The position numbers and the translations under genes were made by a program. A DNA stretch of 64,000 nt from Eubacteriales bacterium (GTDB taxonomy: Bacteria > Bacillota > Clostridia > Christensenellales > UMGS416). The stretch spans positions 30,012-94,011 of the forward strand of contig JBFLKU010000003.1 of assembly GCA_040883315.1 (NCBI GenBank), written 5' to 3'. The notes under the pieces were generated by a model, which was not told where the DNA came from, did not search any database, and was given only the letters and a program-made list of their open reading frames with translations. This document shows, piece after piece, positions 17,130 to 27,118 of this stretch (positions within the stretch are counted from its first letter, which is position 1; every line of letters starts with the position of its first letter).

Positions 17130-17158
17130 TTGGTGCAGAATAGATAGTATCATATAGT
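17130..17158 (+). promoter_or_regulatory. putative promoter of the ccdA-tlpA-msrAB-TCS operon
   Basis: TTGGTG, 17 nt, TATAGT. Confidence 0.4.
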
Positions 17159-17183
17159 TACAGAACAAAAGGAGAATAGGAAA

Positions 17184-17849
17184 ATGACAGAATTATATAT
17201 ATTAGGAGTATTTATCGGAGGAATAGCATCCTTCTTCTCACCGTGCATAGTGCCGGTACTCCCTGTATACGTTTCAATACTAGCAGGTGATGAAACTAAG
17301 GAAAAAGCCAGAGTGAGAGCTGTAGCGAGGACTATGTTATTTGTTCTAGGACTCTCGGTAGCTTTTGTGACAATGGGATTTGGAGTAGGTGCACTGGGCA
17401 AAGTACTATATAGCAAGACATTTATATATGTAAGCGGTGCAATTGTCATTCTGCTGGGACTATATCAAATGGGTCTGTTTAAGCTGAAGTTTTTAAACAG
17501 GCAGATGAAGATGAATGTTAATGCCAACAAAAAGACAGGATACTTTAGCGTATTTTTGCTGGGATTGGTTTTCAGCTTCGGATGGACACCATGCGTAGGG
17601 CCAATACTGGCGGCGGTTCTTTCGCTGACAGCCAGCCAAGGCAATGCGGCATACGGCGGATTTATGATGTTTGTTTACTCGCTGGGACTGGCAATTCCCT
17701 TTTTGGTGATATCGATATTCTCGGCAACCATACTGACAAAGGTAAAGGCCATAAACAAACATTTAGACAAAATAAAATTTATCGGTGGACTAATTATAGT
17801 GATTATGGGTATCCTGCTGATGACTGGAAATTTAAACTTATTACTATAG
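17184..17849 (+). CDS. ccdA: cytochrome c biogenesis protein CcdA (DsbD-family thiol-disulfide electron transporter)
   Basis: 221 aa, 6 TM segments. Conserved FFSPCIVPVLP and FGWTPCVGP cysteine motifs. Confidence 0.85.
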   Translation: MTELYILGVFIGGIASFFSPCIVPVLPVYVSILAGDETKEKARVRAVARTMLFVLGLSVAFVTMGFGVGALGKVLYSKTFIYVSGAIVILLGLYQMGLFKLKFLNRQMKMNVNANKKTGYFSVFLLGLVFSFGWTPCVGPILAAVLSLTASQGNAAYGGFMMFVYSLGLAIPFLVISIFSATILTKVKAINKHLDKIKFIGGLIIVIMGILLMTGNLNLLL

Positions 17850-17885
17850 ACATTGAATGTATATCAAAGACATAAGGAGAGAAAA

Positions 17886-18500
17886 ATGAAAAAATTAATT
17901 ATATTATTATCTGTTGTGGCAGCTTCAGCATTGGTGCTGGCAGCATGCGCACCAAAGGCTATGGATGAAGTGAATACAGAAGATAGCATGACACCAGACA
18001 CCCAAGACACAATGGAAGACAACACGATGGAAGAACAAGAGATGACAAAAGAGGATACTAGCATGGAAGAAGAGGACATGAGTCCGAATTTTCTAGATGT
18101 CACTATGATGGATGTAGATGGAAATGAGTGGAATCTAGCAGAGCTAGGCGACGAAGCAGTGGTTAAGGTATGGGCATCGTGGTGCTCTATATGCCTGGCA
18201 GGAATGGATGAATACAATACTTTCGCCGGTGAATATACAGACGCAAAGGTATTGACAGTGGTATCGCCCGGAATGCTGGGTGAGCAAAGCAAGGAAGACT
18301 TTGTAAGCTGGTTTAAATCGCTGGACGGAGTGGAAAACATTGTGGTTATTCTGGATGAAGACGGACTTTTGATTAAGAACCTTGGCATCAGAGGATTTCC
18401 TACATATGTTTACCTGAACTCAAATGGAAGAGCTGACAGCATTGCAGTGGGACATCAGCAAACAGCTGACGTAGTGGCAAAGCTGGAATCTATCCAGTAA
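17886..18500 (+). CDS. TlpA/ResA-like thioredoxin-fold lipoprotein
   Basis: Lipoprotein signal [21 protein letters not shown]. Acidic linker. CXXC site WASWCSIC. Start moved to the ATG at 17886, which has an AAGGAGA SD. Confidence 0.8.
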   Translation: MKKLIILLSVVAASALVLAACAPKAMDEVNTEDSMTPDTQDTMEDNTMEEQEMTKEDTSMEEEDMSPNFLDVTMMDVDGNEWNLAELGDEAVVKVWASWCSICLAGMDEYNTFAGEYTDAKVLTVVSPGMLGEQSKEDFVSWFKSLDGVENIVVILDEDGLLIKNLGIRGFPTYVYLNSNGRADSIAVGHQQTADVVAKLESIQ

Positions 18501-18510
18501 AGGAGATATT

Positions 18511-19620
18511 ATGAAGTATGCACTAGTAGCAATTGCTATTGTTATAGTGGCAATAGCAGGAGTGATATGGCTGACACCAAGCAAAGATGCTGCAGCTATT
18601 GCTGCGACAGAGCAGGACAGCAAAGAAGAAATGGTATACAATGAAGATGATGTTCGTGAGATATACTTGGCAGGAGGCTGTTTCTGGGGACTGGAGGAAT
18701 ACTTCTCCAGAGTGGAAGGCGTGGTAGACGCAACAGTGGGCTACGCCAACGGAAACACAGAAAACCCAACATACAAGGAAGTATGCTATGACAATACAGG
18801 ACATGCAGAGACAGTGCATGTGATGTATGACAGCTCGGTGATAAACCTGACAGAGGTTTTGAAATATTACTTTAGAGTGGTGGACCCCACCAGTCTGAAC
18901 AAGCAGGGAAATGATGTGGGAACACAATACAGATCCGGAATATACTACACAAATGAAGACGACAGGCAAGTGATACTATATGCCATGGAAACAGAGCAAA
19001 AGAAGCATGACAAAGAGCTGGTGGTGGAAGTAGAGCCATTAGACGGATATTATCTGGCAGAGGAGTATCATCAGGATTATTTGAAAAAGAATCCAAACGG
19101 ATACTGCCATATCAGCGTGGACTACGCCGAGGTGCCGCTAGAAAAACCTGTATTGAAAACGGAGGGAATTATGATAGACGAAAGCAAATATCAAAAACCT
19201 AGTGACGAAGAACTAAAAGAAAAATTAACACCGCTTCAATATGATGTGACACAAACAGGAGCAACTGAGAGAGCATTTGGCAATGAATACTATGACAACT
19301 ATGCAGAAGGAATTTATGTAGACGTTGTGACTGGTGAACCGTTATTTTCATCAAATGACAAATACGATTCTGGATGCGGATGGCCAAGCTTCACCAAGCC
19401 TATTGTGCCCGAAGTTGTTGAAGAATTTTCAGATACATCATATAATATGATTAGAACAGAGGTAAGAAGCCGTGCAGGTGATTCTCACCTAGGTCATGTT
19501 TTTGAAGATGGACCAAAGGACTCCGGCGGATTGAGATACTGCATCAACAGTGCATCAATCAGGTTTATACCGGTGGAAGAAATGGAAGCAGAAGGATATG
19601 GATACCTTCTAGAGGATTGA
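18511..19620 (+). CDS. msrAB: membrane-anchored bifunctional methionine sulfoxide reductase MsrA/MsrB
   Basis: N-terminal TM anchor. MsrA motif GGCFWG and MsrB motif RYCINS with CGWPSF. 369 aa. Confidence 0.92.
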   Translation: MKYALVAIAIVIVAIAGVIWLTPSKDAAAIAATEQDSKEEMVYNEDDVREIYLAGGCFWGLEEYFSRVEGVVDATVGYANGNTENPTYKEVCYDNTGHAETVHVMYDSSVINLTEVLKYYFRVVDPTSLNKQGNDVGTQYRSGIYYTNEDDRQVILYAMETEQKKHDKELVVEVEPLDGYYLAEEYHQDYLKKNPNGYCHISVDYAEVPLEKPVLKTEGIMIDESKYQKPSDEELKEKLTPLQYDVTQTGATERAFGNEYYDNYAEGIYVDVVTGEPLFSSNDKYDSGCGWPSFTKPIVPEVVEEFSDTSYNMIRTEVRSRAGDSHLGHVFEDGPKDSGGLRYCINSASIRFIPVEEMEAEGYGYLLED

Positions 19621-19627
19621 GGACAAA

Positions 19628-20389
19628 ATGTTTAGTCTGTTAATAGTAGATGATGAGCCGATTGTTAGAAACGGAATAAAAAATTTAATAGATTTTCAAG
19701 AGCTTAATATCTCTAATGTGCTTGAGGCCGTCAATGGGCTTCAGGCACTAGAGATAGTGAAAAGAAATGATATTGATATTGTACTAGCAGATATAAACAT
19801 GCCCAAAATGAACGGACTGGAATTTGCAAAGAGTGCGAAAGAACATAAAAAAGACATATTAATAGCACTGGTGACAGGATATGATTATTTTGACTACGCT
19901 GTATCTGCACTAAGATACGGAGTAGATGAATACATTCTGAAGCCTGTATCCAAAAAGGATATCGAAAAGGTGCTGACACAGATGATAGACAAAATAAAGG
20001 ATACAAAAGTAGAAAGCGAAATAAAAAACATATCACAGCCAAAAGGCGATGGAATAGAGGACGGAAACTATAAAAAGCAAATAGCAAGGATTATTGAAGA
20101 AAAACTGTCTGACAGCAGTTTTTCTTTGAGCATGTTGTCGGATGAAATCAACCTGAGTACAGGATATCTAAGCAGGATATTCAAGCAATACTTTGGGCTG
20201 CCATTTCGCGACTACATACTCAAGGAAAGACTAGATAAAAGTAAAATACTTTTATTATCCAGCGACATGAAAATATATGAAATATGCGAAAATGTAGGAT
20301 TTGAAGACCCAAATTATTTCAGCACTATATTTAAAAAATCCACAGGGTATTCGCCAAATGGATACAGAAAGCACGTGGAAAATGATTAA
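19628..20389 (+). CDS. response regulator with AraC-type HTH output (YesN-like)
   Basis: REC domain (DDEP...D in ADINMP...K) plus a C-terminal AraC HTH. Starts 7 nt after the msrAB stop. Confidence 0.85.
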   Translation: MFSLLIVDDEPIVRNGIKNLIDFQELNISNVLEAVNGLQALEIVKRNDIDIVLADINMPKMNGLEFAKSAKEHKKDILIALVTGYDYFDYAVSALRYGVDEYILKPVSKKDIEKVLTQMIDKIKDTKVESEIKNISQPKGDGIEDGNYKKQIARIIEEKLSDSSFSLSMLSDEINLSTGYLSRIFKQYFGLPFRDYILKERLDKSKILLLSSDMKIYEICENVGFEDPNYFSTIFKKSTGYSPNGYRKHVEND

Positions 20390-22082
20390 GAAACTGAACA
20401 AAATAAAAGTACAGATATCGTTTTTTTATTCGATTATTGCACTAATTGCTATAGCAATAATCGGGATGATACTGTTTTTTGCATTTTCAAATATACTTAT
20501 CGATCAGTCGCTGAATCAGGCGAAGATATCCACAGAAAACAGCGGTAGTTATATTAATGCATATATAGACAAAATATACGGAATCTCTCGCTTGATAGTA
20601 AATGACAGCAAGCTGAAGGATTATATAATTAATCAGAATGACGATCAAGAAGACAAGATATTGAATGACATAAAAAATGTTTTGGCTGGTGACGAGTTTA
20701 TTAAATCCATAATAATAGTCACATACGACGGCAGGATAATAAGCAATGAAGAAAACTTGACTATGGAAATGTCGAATGACATGATGGAAACGGACTGGTA
20801 TCAAAAGGCTACCGATGCTATGCCGTATTTGTCATCTACCAGAATGAATGAATTCACGATGGATAAGGACTCGTGGGTAATATCTATCAGCACAGAAATT
20901 GTGGATGAAAGCGGCAGCAATTTGGGTGTTATGCTGGTGGATATAGACTATCAGTTTGTAGAGAACCATCTTTTCAGAATGGATAGCAGCGAAGATACAG
21001 ATGTCTTTATATTCGACAGCGGCAATTGCCTAGTATACCATAAGGATACATCATATTTTTCCGATGGAGAAAAAAGAGAATGTCTGGTGGATGAGACAAT
21101 AGACAACAAAGAATTTGACAGCAAAACCAACACAGCAACATATAGATATAATATTGAAAAAGCAGACTGGACATTAACTAGCGTAACGAAGCTGACACAG
21201 CTGGAAAACATGAAAAATGACCTAATTAAGGACATAGTGCTGGTTAGCCTGCTTCTGATAGTGCTGGTAGTGCTGGCAAGCAATATGCTGGCAGGCAGAA
21301 TAACACGCCCCATAAATAGGCTGGAAAAAGCAATGGAAACAGATGCCGGCAAAATAGTGGATATTGAAGATGGGTTTGCGTCGTGTGACGAAGTGAGAAG
21401 CCTGACCATACACTACAACAATATGATACAAAGGGTAAACGAACTGCAGCTAGAAAACATTGACAAGGAAAGAAGAGTGCGAGAAAGCGAGATAGAGGCA
21501 CTCACCAGCCAGATTAATCCACACTTTTTGTATAACACACTTGATACTATTTTGTGGATGGCGGAGTATAAAGACACTGAAGGTGTAGTGGATATGGTGA
21601 AAGCGCTAGGTCAGTTTTTCAGACTGTCACTAAGCCGAGGCGAACCATACGTATCTATTGAGGATGAAATAAAGCATGTGAAAGAATATCTTTATATCCA
21701 AAAGAAAAGATATGGAGAAAAGCTGACATACAGTTTTGACCTAGACAAAAGCATAATGGACGTAAAAGTGCCGAAGATAATATTGCAGCCGATAGTAGAA
21801 AATGCACTTTACCACGGGATAAAGGAGCTAGACACACCAGGGCATATAAAAATAAAATCCACAAAGGAAGATGGATTTATAAAGTTTATAATTTCGGATA
21901 ATGGTGTGGGATTTGAGGTAGAAAATCTAAATGAACAAAGCGACAAATTGAAACTATCGGGAGTAGGCATAAAAAACGTGGATGAAAGGCTTAAGCTGCA
22001 CTATTGTGACCAGTGCGGAGTGACGATAGAAAGTAAAATAGGAGAGGGCACTGTTGTTACGCTTAGGATAAATATCACATAG
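20382..22082 (+). CDS. sensor histidine kinase (YesM-like, His_kinase/HATPase_c) with extracytoplasmic sensor domain
   Basis: Two TM segments flank a ~270-aa external domain. HAMP domain, H-box NPHFLYNTL and ATPase domain. Start moved to the ATG at 20382, which overlaps the RR stop by 8 nt. Confidence 0.85.
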   Translation: MIKKLNKIKVQISFFYSIIALIAIAIIGMILFFAFSNILIDQSLNQAKISTENSGSYINAYIDKIYGISRLIVNDSKLKDYIINQNDDQEDKILNDIKNVLAGDEFIKSIIIVTYDGRIISNEENLTMEMSNDMMETDWYQKATDAMPYLSSTRMNEFTMDKDSWVISISTEIVDESGSNLGVMLVDIDYQFVENHLFRMDSSEDTDVFIFDSGNCLVYHKDTSYFSDGEKRECLVDETIDNKEFDSKTNTATYRYNIEKADWTLTSVTKLTQLENMKNDLIKDIVLVSLLLIVLVVLASNMLAGRITRPINRLEKAMETDAGKIVDIEDGFASCDEVRSLTIHYNNMIQRVNELQLENIDKERRVRESEIEALTSQINPHFLYNTLDTILWMAEYKDTEGVVDMVKALGQFFRLSLSRGEPYVSIEDEIKHVKEYLYIQKKRYGEKLTYSFDLDKSIMDVKVPKIILQPIVENALYHGIKELDTPGHIKIKSTKEDGFIKFIISDNGVGFEVENLNEQSDKLKLSGVGIKNVDERLKLHYCDQCGVTIESKIGEGTVVTLRINIT

Positions 22083-22114
22083 TAATATTGCATAATAGAA
22101 TAGAAATGCTTTTA

Positions 22115-22142
22115 AACCATATAAAATAATATATGGTTTTTT
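22115..22142 (+). terminator. intrinsic terminator after the histidine kinase gene
   Basis: AACCATATAaaataaTATATGGTT followed by TTTT. Confidence 0.7.
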
Positions 22143-22207
22143 GCATTTTATATTTATTTACCGCTAAATCCCTGTTTATAACATACAAATATCCTGTTCA
22201 AAAGTCA

Positions 22208-22262
22208 TTGACACATGTTGTCGGTAGTGCTATACTCGGGATATAGACAGAAGTTGTCGGTA
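22208..22262 (+). promoter_or_regulatory. promoter plus two candidate TetR operators
   Basis: TTGACA (22208-22213), 17 nt, TATACT (22231-22236). GACAcatgtTGTCGGTA at 22210-22226 and GACAgaagtTGTCGGTA at 22246-22262. Confidence 0.5.
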
Positions 22263-22281
22263 TTAATATCGGAGTGATTAT

Positions 22282-22914
22282 ATGGAAGAAAGATTTAAAA
22301 ATATCGACCCGGATAAACGGGACAGAATAATAAACGCTGCTATTGATGAATTTGCAGCAAATGGCTATGAGAAGGCATCAACAAATGAAATTGTAAAGAA
22401 TGCCGGAATATCCAGAGGGCTTTTGTATCATTATTTTAAAGATAAGGAAGAACTTTATGATGTTCTCACAAAGTATTCGATTGAAACTTTTGTTGAGAAG
22501 ATTAATTCATCCATCGACTGGGATGAGCCGGATATCTTTGAAAGACTTAAGCAGATAACATTTGTTAAAATTGAGGTATCAAGAGTATATCCAAAACTTT
22601 TTAACTTTGTTGTGAATATATTTTTAAAAGACATGAACGTGCAGACTATGGAGGACGCGTATGCCTTTTACGAAAAGCTGGGTATAAACATACAGGAACT
22701 TTTTGCAAATGTGTATCAGAAAAACATAGATTACTCCAGATTCAGAGAACCGGAGAAAATCGGAATAAACATGAACATAATCCGCTGGACGATTGAAAAG
22801 TGGGCCGAAGAGATTATGCAGAAAAGCGGAGGCAAGTTTACAGTTGAGGATATGGCGACTTTTGGGGAGCAGATAGACGAGTATATAAGTGTTTTGAAAA
22901 AAGCATTTTATTAA
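22282..22914 (+). CDS. TetR/AcrR-family transcriptional regulator
   Basis: N-terminal HTH FAANGYEKASTNEIVKNAGISRGLLYHYF. 210 aa. Confidence 0.85.
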   Translation: MEERFKNIDPDKRDRIINAAIDEFAANGYEKASTNEIVKNAGISRGLLYHYFKDKEELYDVLTKYSIETFVEKINSSIDWDEPDIFERLKQITFVKIEVSRVYPKLFNFVVNIFLKDMNVQTMEDAYAFYEKLGINIQELFANVYQKNIDYSRFREPEKIGINMNIIRWTIEKWAEEIMQKSGGKFTVEDMATFGEQIDEYISVLKKAFY

Positions 22915-22964
22915 TACAGTACTTATAAGTATAATTTTATTTTTTAATTAGGAGGACTGGCATA

Positions 22965-23819
22965 ATGATTTCAGTAAAGAACCTTTCGCATTCCTATAAT
23001 AACGATGGGAAGCTGGCTGTCAACAACATCAGTTTTGAAGTAGAAAAGGGAGAAACATTTGGTTTTCTTGGGCCATCGGGTGCAGGCAAATCTACAACAC
23101 AGGGTGTGCTGACTGGGCTGCTGAAGCTGCAAAAAGGCGATGTAGAGGTGGCAGGCTATGATGTGAAACGCGTGCAGAACAAAAGGTTCAATAAAATCGG
23201 CGTATCGTTTGAGCAATCAAATGTATATGGAAAACTTACAGCAAAAGAAAACCTAGATTTTTATGCAAAGCTTTTCGATGTAGAAACAAGAGATGCAGAA
23301 GAGCTGATAGAGCTAGTTGGGCTAAAAGGCAAGGAAAACGTGCGTGCAGCAGAGTTTTCAAAGGGCATGAAGCACCGCCTTACTTTCGCTCGTTCGATGA
23401 TAAACAATCCTGAAATGTGGTTTTTAGATGAACCGACTACAGGTCTGGATCCTGCAATTGCAGCAACTATCAAAGACATAATAAGAGACCAAAAGGCAAA
23501 GGGAACAACATCCTTTTTGACAACTCATAATATGTTTATAGCCGATGAGCTATGCGATAGAGTGGCATTTATTATTGATGGTGAAATCAAGCTGATTGAC
23601 ACACCAAAGAATCTGAAGCTGCAGTACGGACAAAAGCTGGTAGATGTTGAATACATTGAAAAAGACAAAATCATAAAAGAGACATTCAAAACTATTGATG
23701 AGGCTGACAGAAACAAACTAGCAGAAGTAATTAAGAAGCATGACATTCAAACTATGCACACAAAGGAAGCGACATTAGAGGAGATATTCATCCAAGTTAC
23801 CGGAAGGGGGCTAGTGTAG
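22965..23819 (+). CDS. ABC transporter ATP-binding protein
   Basis: Walker A GPSGAGKST, an ABC-signature region and Walker B WFLDEP. AGGAGGA SD. Confidence 0.9.
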   Translation: MISVKNLSHSYNNDGKLAVNNISFEVEKGETFGFLGPSGAGKSTTQGVLTGLLKLQKGDVEVAGYDVKRVQNKRFNKIGVSFEQSNVYGKLTAKENLDFYAKLFDVETRDAEELIELVGLKGKENVRAAEFSKGMKHRLTFARSMINNPEMWFLDEPTTGLDPAIAATIKDIIRDQKAKGTTSFLTTHNMFIADELCDRVAFIIDGEIKLIDTPKNLKLQYGQKLVDVEYIEKDKIIKETFKTIDEADRNKLAEVIKKHDIQTMHTKEATLEEIFIQVTGRGLV

Positions 23820-23820
23820 A

Positions 23821-25008
23821 ATGAAACTGCTAAGTACTTACCTAAAAGAGATGAAAATTGCATTTCGTGGTTTTTATTTCTATATTGAGGTCGTAATGGC
23901 GGCAATCATCCTCACTATTTTGCTGGTAGCAGTAAAGGAGAGCCCTGAGAGCAAGGAAAAAGAATTTATATTCTTCGATATGGATCAAAAGATTATAGAA
24001 GCTTATTTTGAGGATGACATAAAAGAGGGAACTGTGAAATTCGTAGACCCTGCTGAATTCGAGCTGAAGCCGCAGAAATTCGAAGTGACAAATAAAGAAA
24101 CCGGCAAAACAGAAGAATACGAATTTCATGCTGAAACTGTAGAAGTACAGGCTGTGGAGATATATGACAAGAGCACGGGTGAGCTGGATAAGATGATGTA
24201 CCTAACCAATACTGAAGAGGATATGATGCGGCTATCATATGCAGAAAAAGGGATAGGAGCTACAATATCTTTTGACGAAAGCTGGACACCAAACTACGTA
24301 TACTACACACAAGGATATGAAACTGAAAGAATGCAGGGGTTGCTATACATTCTTCACAACGAGTCGCTGGACAATCTAGTGGCTGCAATGGATAACCAAC
24401 AGGTGAGGAAACTGGGCGAAGTGGAAGTGCTGAACAATAGGCAGAACCTAATACCTTCGATGATAGTCCTTATGGGCTCTATGATGGGGTACTTTATAGT
24501 CATTGCCTATGTTTATCTTGATAAAGATGAAGGAGTAATAAAGGCGTTTGCCGTCACTCCATCTGCTGTGTGGAAATATCTGATGAGCAAAGCATTAGTG
24601 ATAATGACTACAGTGACCTTATCATCAAGTGTAATTACAATACCTGTGATGGGGCTGCAGCCCAATTATTTATTATTCTATCTGCTATTGTGGGTTTCCA
24701 CATTTGCATTTGCTGCACTGGGGCTTTTGATAGCCAGCTTCTTCGACAGCATGACAAAAGCATTTGGTGTGCTATTTGGTGGAATGATGATAATGATGCT
24801 TCCGGCACTATCATATTTTATACCTAGCTTTGATCCGGTTTGGATGAGATATGTGCCTACATATCCCCTGATGCAGGGATTCAAGGAGATTATAATGGTA
24901 AGCGGCGACTCAAACTATGTGCTGCTGCAATGCGGAATATTCTTGGTAGGAGGAATTGTATTATTCCTAATGGCAAACTTAAGATTTAAAAAGACTTTGA
25001 CGGTGTAG
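23821..25008 (+). CDS. ABC-2-type transporter permease with large external loop
   Basis: TM1, then a ~170-aa hydrophilic loop, then 5 C-terminal TM segments. Abuts the ATPase gene. Confidence 0.7.
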   Translation: MKLLSTYLKEMKIAFRGFYFYIEVVMAAIILTILLVAVKESPESKEKEFIFFDMDQKIIEAYFEDDIKEGTVKFVDPAEFELKPQKFEVTNKETGKTEEYEFHAETVEVQAVEIYDKSTGELDKMMYLTNTEEDMMRLSYAEKGIGATISFDESWTPNYVYYTQGYETERMQGLLYILHNESLDNLVAAMDNQQVRKLGEVEVLNNRQNLIPSMIVLMGSMMGYFIVIAYVYLDKDEGVIKAFAVTPSAVWKYLMSKALVIMTTVTLSSSVITIPVMGLQPNYLLFYLLLWVSTFAFAALGLLIASFFDSMTKAFGVLFGGMMIMMLPALSYFIPSFDPVWMRYVPTYPLMQGFKEIIMVSGDSNYVLLQCGIFLVGGIVLFLMANLRFKKTLTV

Positions 25009-25020
25009 GAGGACGATGAA

Positions 25021-26022
25021 ATGTTTAAAAAAATATTAAGAATTATGCAAAAAGATTTAAAGTCCTCAAGCCGTGATTTTATGGCAGCGTACATTATGAT
25101 AGCACCAATACTAATCGCTATTGCAATTGCCATATTTACACCGGGACTTAATGATACTACAGTTAATTTAGCAATGCTGGAGAGCGACGATGCTGAGCAT
25201 ATTGAATATATGGAGCAGTTTGCAAAGGTAGAGCTATTTGAAAGTGTTGAGGACATGGAGGCACGTGTAGAAAAACGGGACGACATAGCAGCGCTGGTAC
25301 CAAAAGGCGATGGATACGAAATAGTGATACAAGGAAATGAACCGGATGTCGTAGAAGAATTTGCAGTGATGCTTAATGCGTTCTATGACATGGGTGCAAC
25401 CAAGGAAGAAACAACAGCGCAATTAATGTCCTTTGGGCACACTGTTCCTCCGCTGAAAACGATGTTTGTGAATATGATGATATCCATGACTGTGATGTTA
25501 GCTGGAATGCTGATAGCTATAAGCATAGTGGAAGAAAAGGCAGACAACACAATAAATGCAGTGAATGTGACTCCCTTGACGCAGACAGGATTTGTAATAG
25601 GTAAAAGCCTATATGGAGGGATTACGGCATTGGTGGGGATAGTCATTGGATTGTTTATCACAGGATATGGTGATATCAACTGGCTGATGATAATATTAGT
25701 TGGATTGTCCTCTATGATATTATCCTTAGTTGTAGGATTTATACAGGGGCTTACCAGCGAAGATTTAATGGAAGCTGCATCAAATGTTAAAATGCTGTTC
25801 TTGCCTATAGCAGGCTCTATAGCAGGATATGAGCTGCTGGCAGACAAATGGCAGTGGACAATGTATTGGTCGCCATTCTATTGGGCATACAAGGCAAACC
25901 TGCTGATACTATCGAAAACAGCAGACTGGGGAACAGTGCTGATATGCACAGCAATGGTAATAGTGCTATCGCTAGGGGTCTATTTCCTAGCACTGCCAAA
26001 GCTAAGAAAAGGATTGAGCTAA
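25021..26022 (+). CDS. ABC-2-type transporter permease (second subunit)
   Basis: Same topology as the upstream permease. 333 aa. Confidence 0.7.
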   Translation: MFKKILRIMQKDLKSSSRDFMAAYIMIAPILIAIAIAIFTPGLNDTTVNLAMLESDDAEHIEYMEQFAKVELFESVEDMEARVEKRDDIAALVPKGDGYEIVIQGNEPDVVEEFAVMLNAFYDMGATKEETTAQLMSFGHTVPPLKTMFVNMMISMTVMLAGMLIAISIVEEKADNTINAVNVTPLTQTGFVIGKSLYGGITALVGIVIGLFITGYGDINWLMIILVGLSSMILSLVVGFIQGLTSEDLMEAASNVKMLFLPIAGSIAGYELLADKWQWTMYWSPFYWAYKANLLILSKTADWGTVLICTAMVIVLSLGVYFLALPKLRKGLS

Positions 26023-26069
26023 GCGTTGATACACGATGAATAGAATTAAAAGCTGAAAGGAGAAAGATT

Positions 26070-26294
26070 ATGGGAACTGGTTGGCTGTTAGGCGGAATTG
26101 CATGTCTTCTATATGCTGGATTGGTAGGATACTTCGGAGGAGTAAAAAAATCTCCGGGCCTGCTAAAGCTAGTTAAGATGAAGCTGAACAAAAACATGAG
26201 TGATGAAACTGCAGCAAAAGTATGCATGATAGCATCAATTGTTGTGGGACTAGGCGGAGTAGCACTGTTTATAGTAGGTGCAATAAAAGGATAA
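26070..26294 (+). CDS. small two-TM membrane protein
   Basis: 74 aa. Two hydrophobic helices flank a K-rich loop. AAAGGAGAAAG SD. Confidence 0.45.
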   Translation: MGTGWLLGGIACLLYAGLVGYFGGVKKSPGLLKLVKMKLNKNMSDETAAKVCMIASIVVGLGGVALFIVGAIKG

Positions 26295-26306
26295 AGAAAA
26301 GCGAAT

Positions 26307-26334
26307 AAAAAGCACATCGTATGATGTGCTTTTT
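26307..26334. terminator. bidirectional intrinsic terminator (ABC operon / trp operon)
   Basis: AAAAAGCACATCgtatGATGTGCTTTTT. Perfect 8-bp stem with an A-run and a T-run. Confidence 0.8.
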
Positions 26335-26341
26335 ATATTAT

Positions 26342-27118
26342 TTAATCATTTGTCAGACTGAAAATAAAATCTTTTAATTTCTCTGTGTCTCCATTAGTCT
26401 CATATACCTTTTTAACTATGGCAGAGCCTACTATTGCTCCTTCTGCATGCTGGGAAAAGAATTTAACGGCATCTCTGCTGCTTATTCCAAATCCTACCGC
26501 TATAGGAAGAGTGGTTTGGCTTTTTACGTCTTTCAAATATTCCGTAACATTTTCATTGAATGTGTCTCGCACGCCCGTCACGCCCATGGTGGACACGCAG
26601 TACACAAAGCCAGCTTTTTCGTGTGCGATATCTTTTACTCTGTCCTTTGATGTAGGAGCGACCAGAGGAACCAAACAAATATCAAATGTATCTGTATATA
26701 TTTTCAGCTCGTCTCTCTCTTCCATCGGCAGGTCAGGAACAATAATTCCATCTATTCCAGCATCTTTGCATCTTTTTGCAAATTCTTCATTTCCGATATT
26801 GAAAATAGTATTGTAATACACTAGAAACAGCAATGGAACTTGTGATGATTTGCGTATCTTCACTACGCAATTGAATATATCATCAACACATATGCCATTT
26901 TCAAATGCACGCAGACCTGCATCCTGTATTACAGGACCGTCTGCCAGAGGGTCTGAATAGGGTATACCTATCTCTATTATGTCAGCTCCGCCCTGCTCCA
27001 TAGCCAAAACTAAATCAGCCGTTTTTTCTATGCTGGGGTCTCCGCCGGTCACGTACCCTATGAAGGCACATTTATTTTCTTTTTTAAGTTCATCAAATTT
27101 TGCTGTTATTCTATTCAT
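26342..27118 (-). CDS. trpA: tryptophan synthase alpha chain
   Basis: [28 protein letters not shown]...[15 protein letters not shown]. Start moved to the ATG at 27118, which has a GGTGGA SD. The track start is 27130. Confidence 0.93.
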   Translation of the reverse strand: MNRITAKFDELKKENKCAFIGYVTGGDPSIEKTADLVLAMEQGGADIIEIGIPYSDPLADGPVIQDAGLRAFENGICVDDIFNCVVKIRKSSQVPLLFLVYYNTIFNIGNEEFAKRCKDAGIDGIIVPDLPMEERDELKIYTDTFDICLVPLVAPTSKDRVKDIAHEKAGFVYCVSTMGVTGVRDTFNENVTEYLKDVKSQTTLPIAVGFGISSRDAVKFFSQHAEGAIVGSAIVKKVYETNGDTEKLKDFIFSLTND

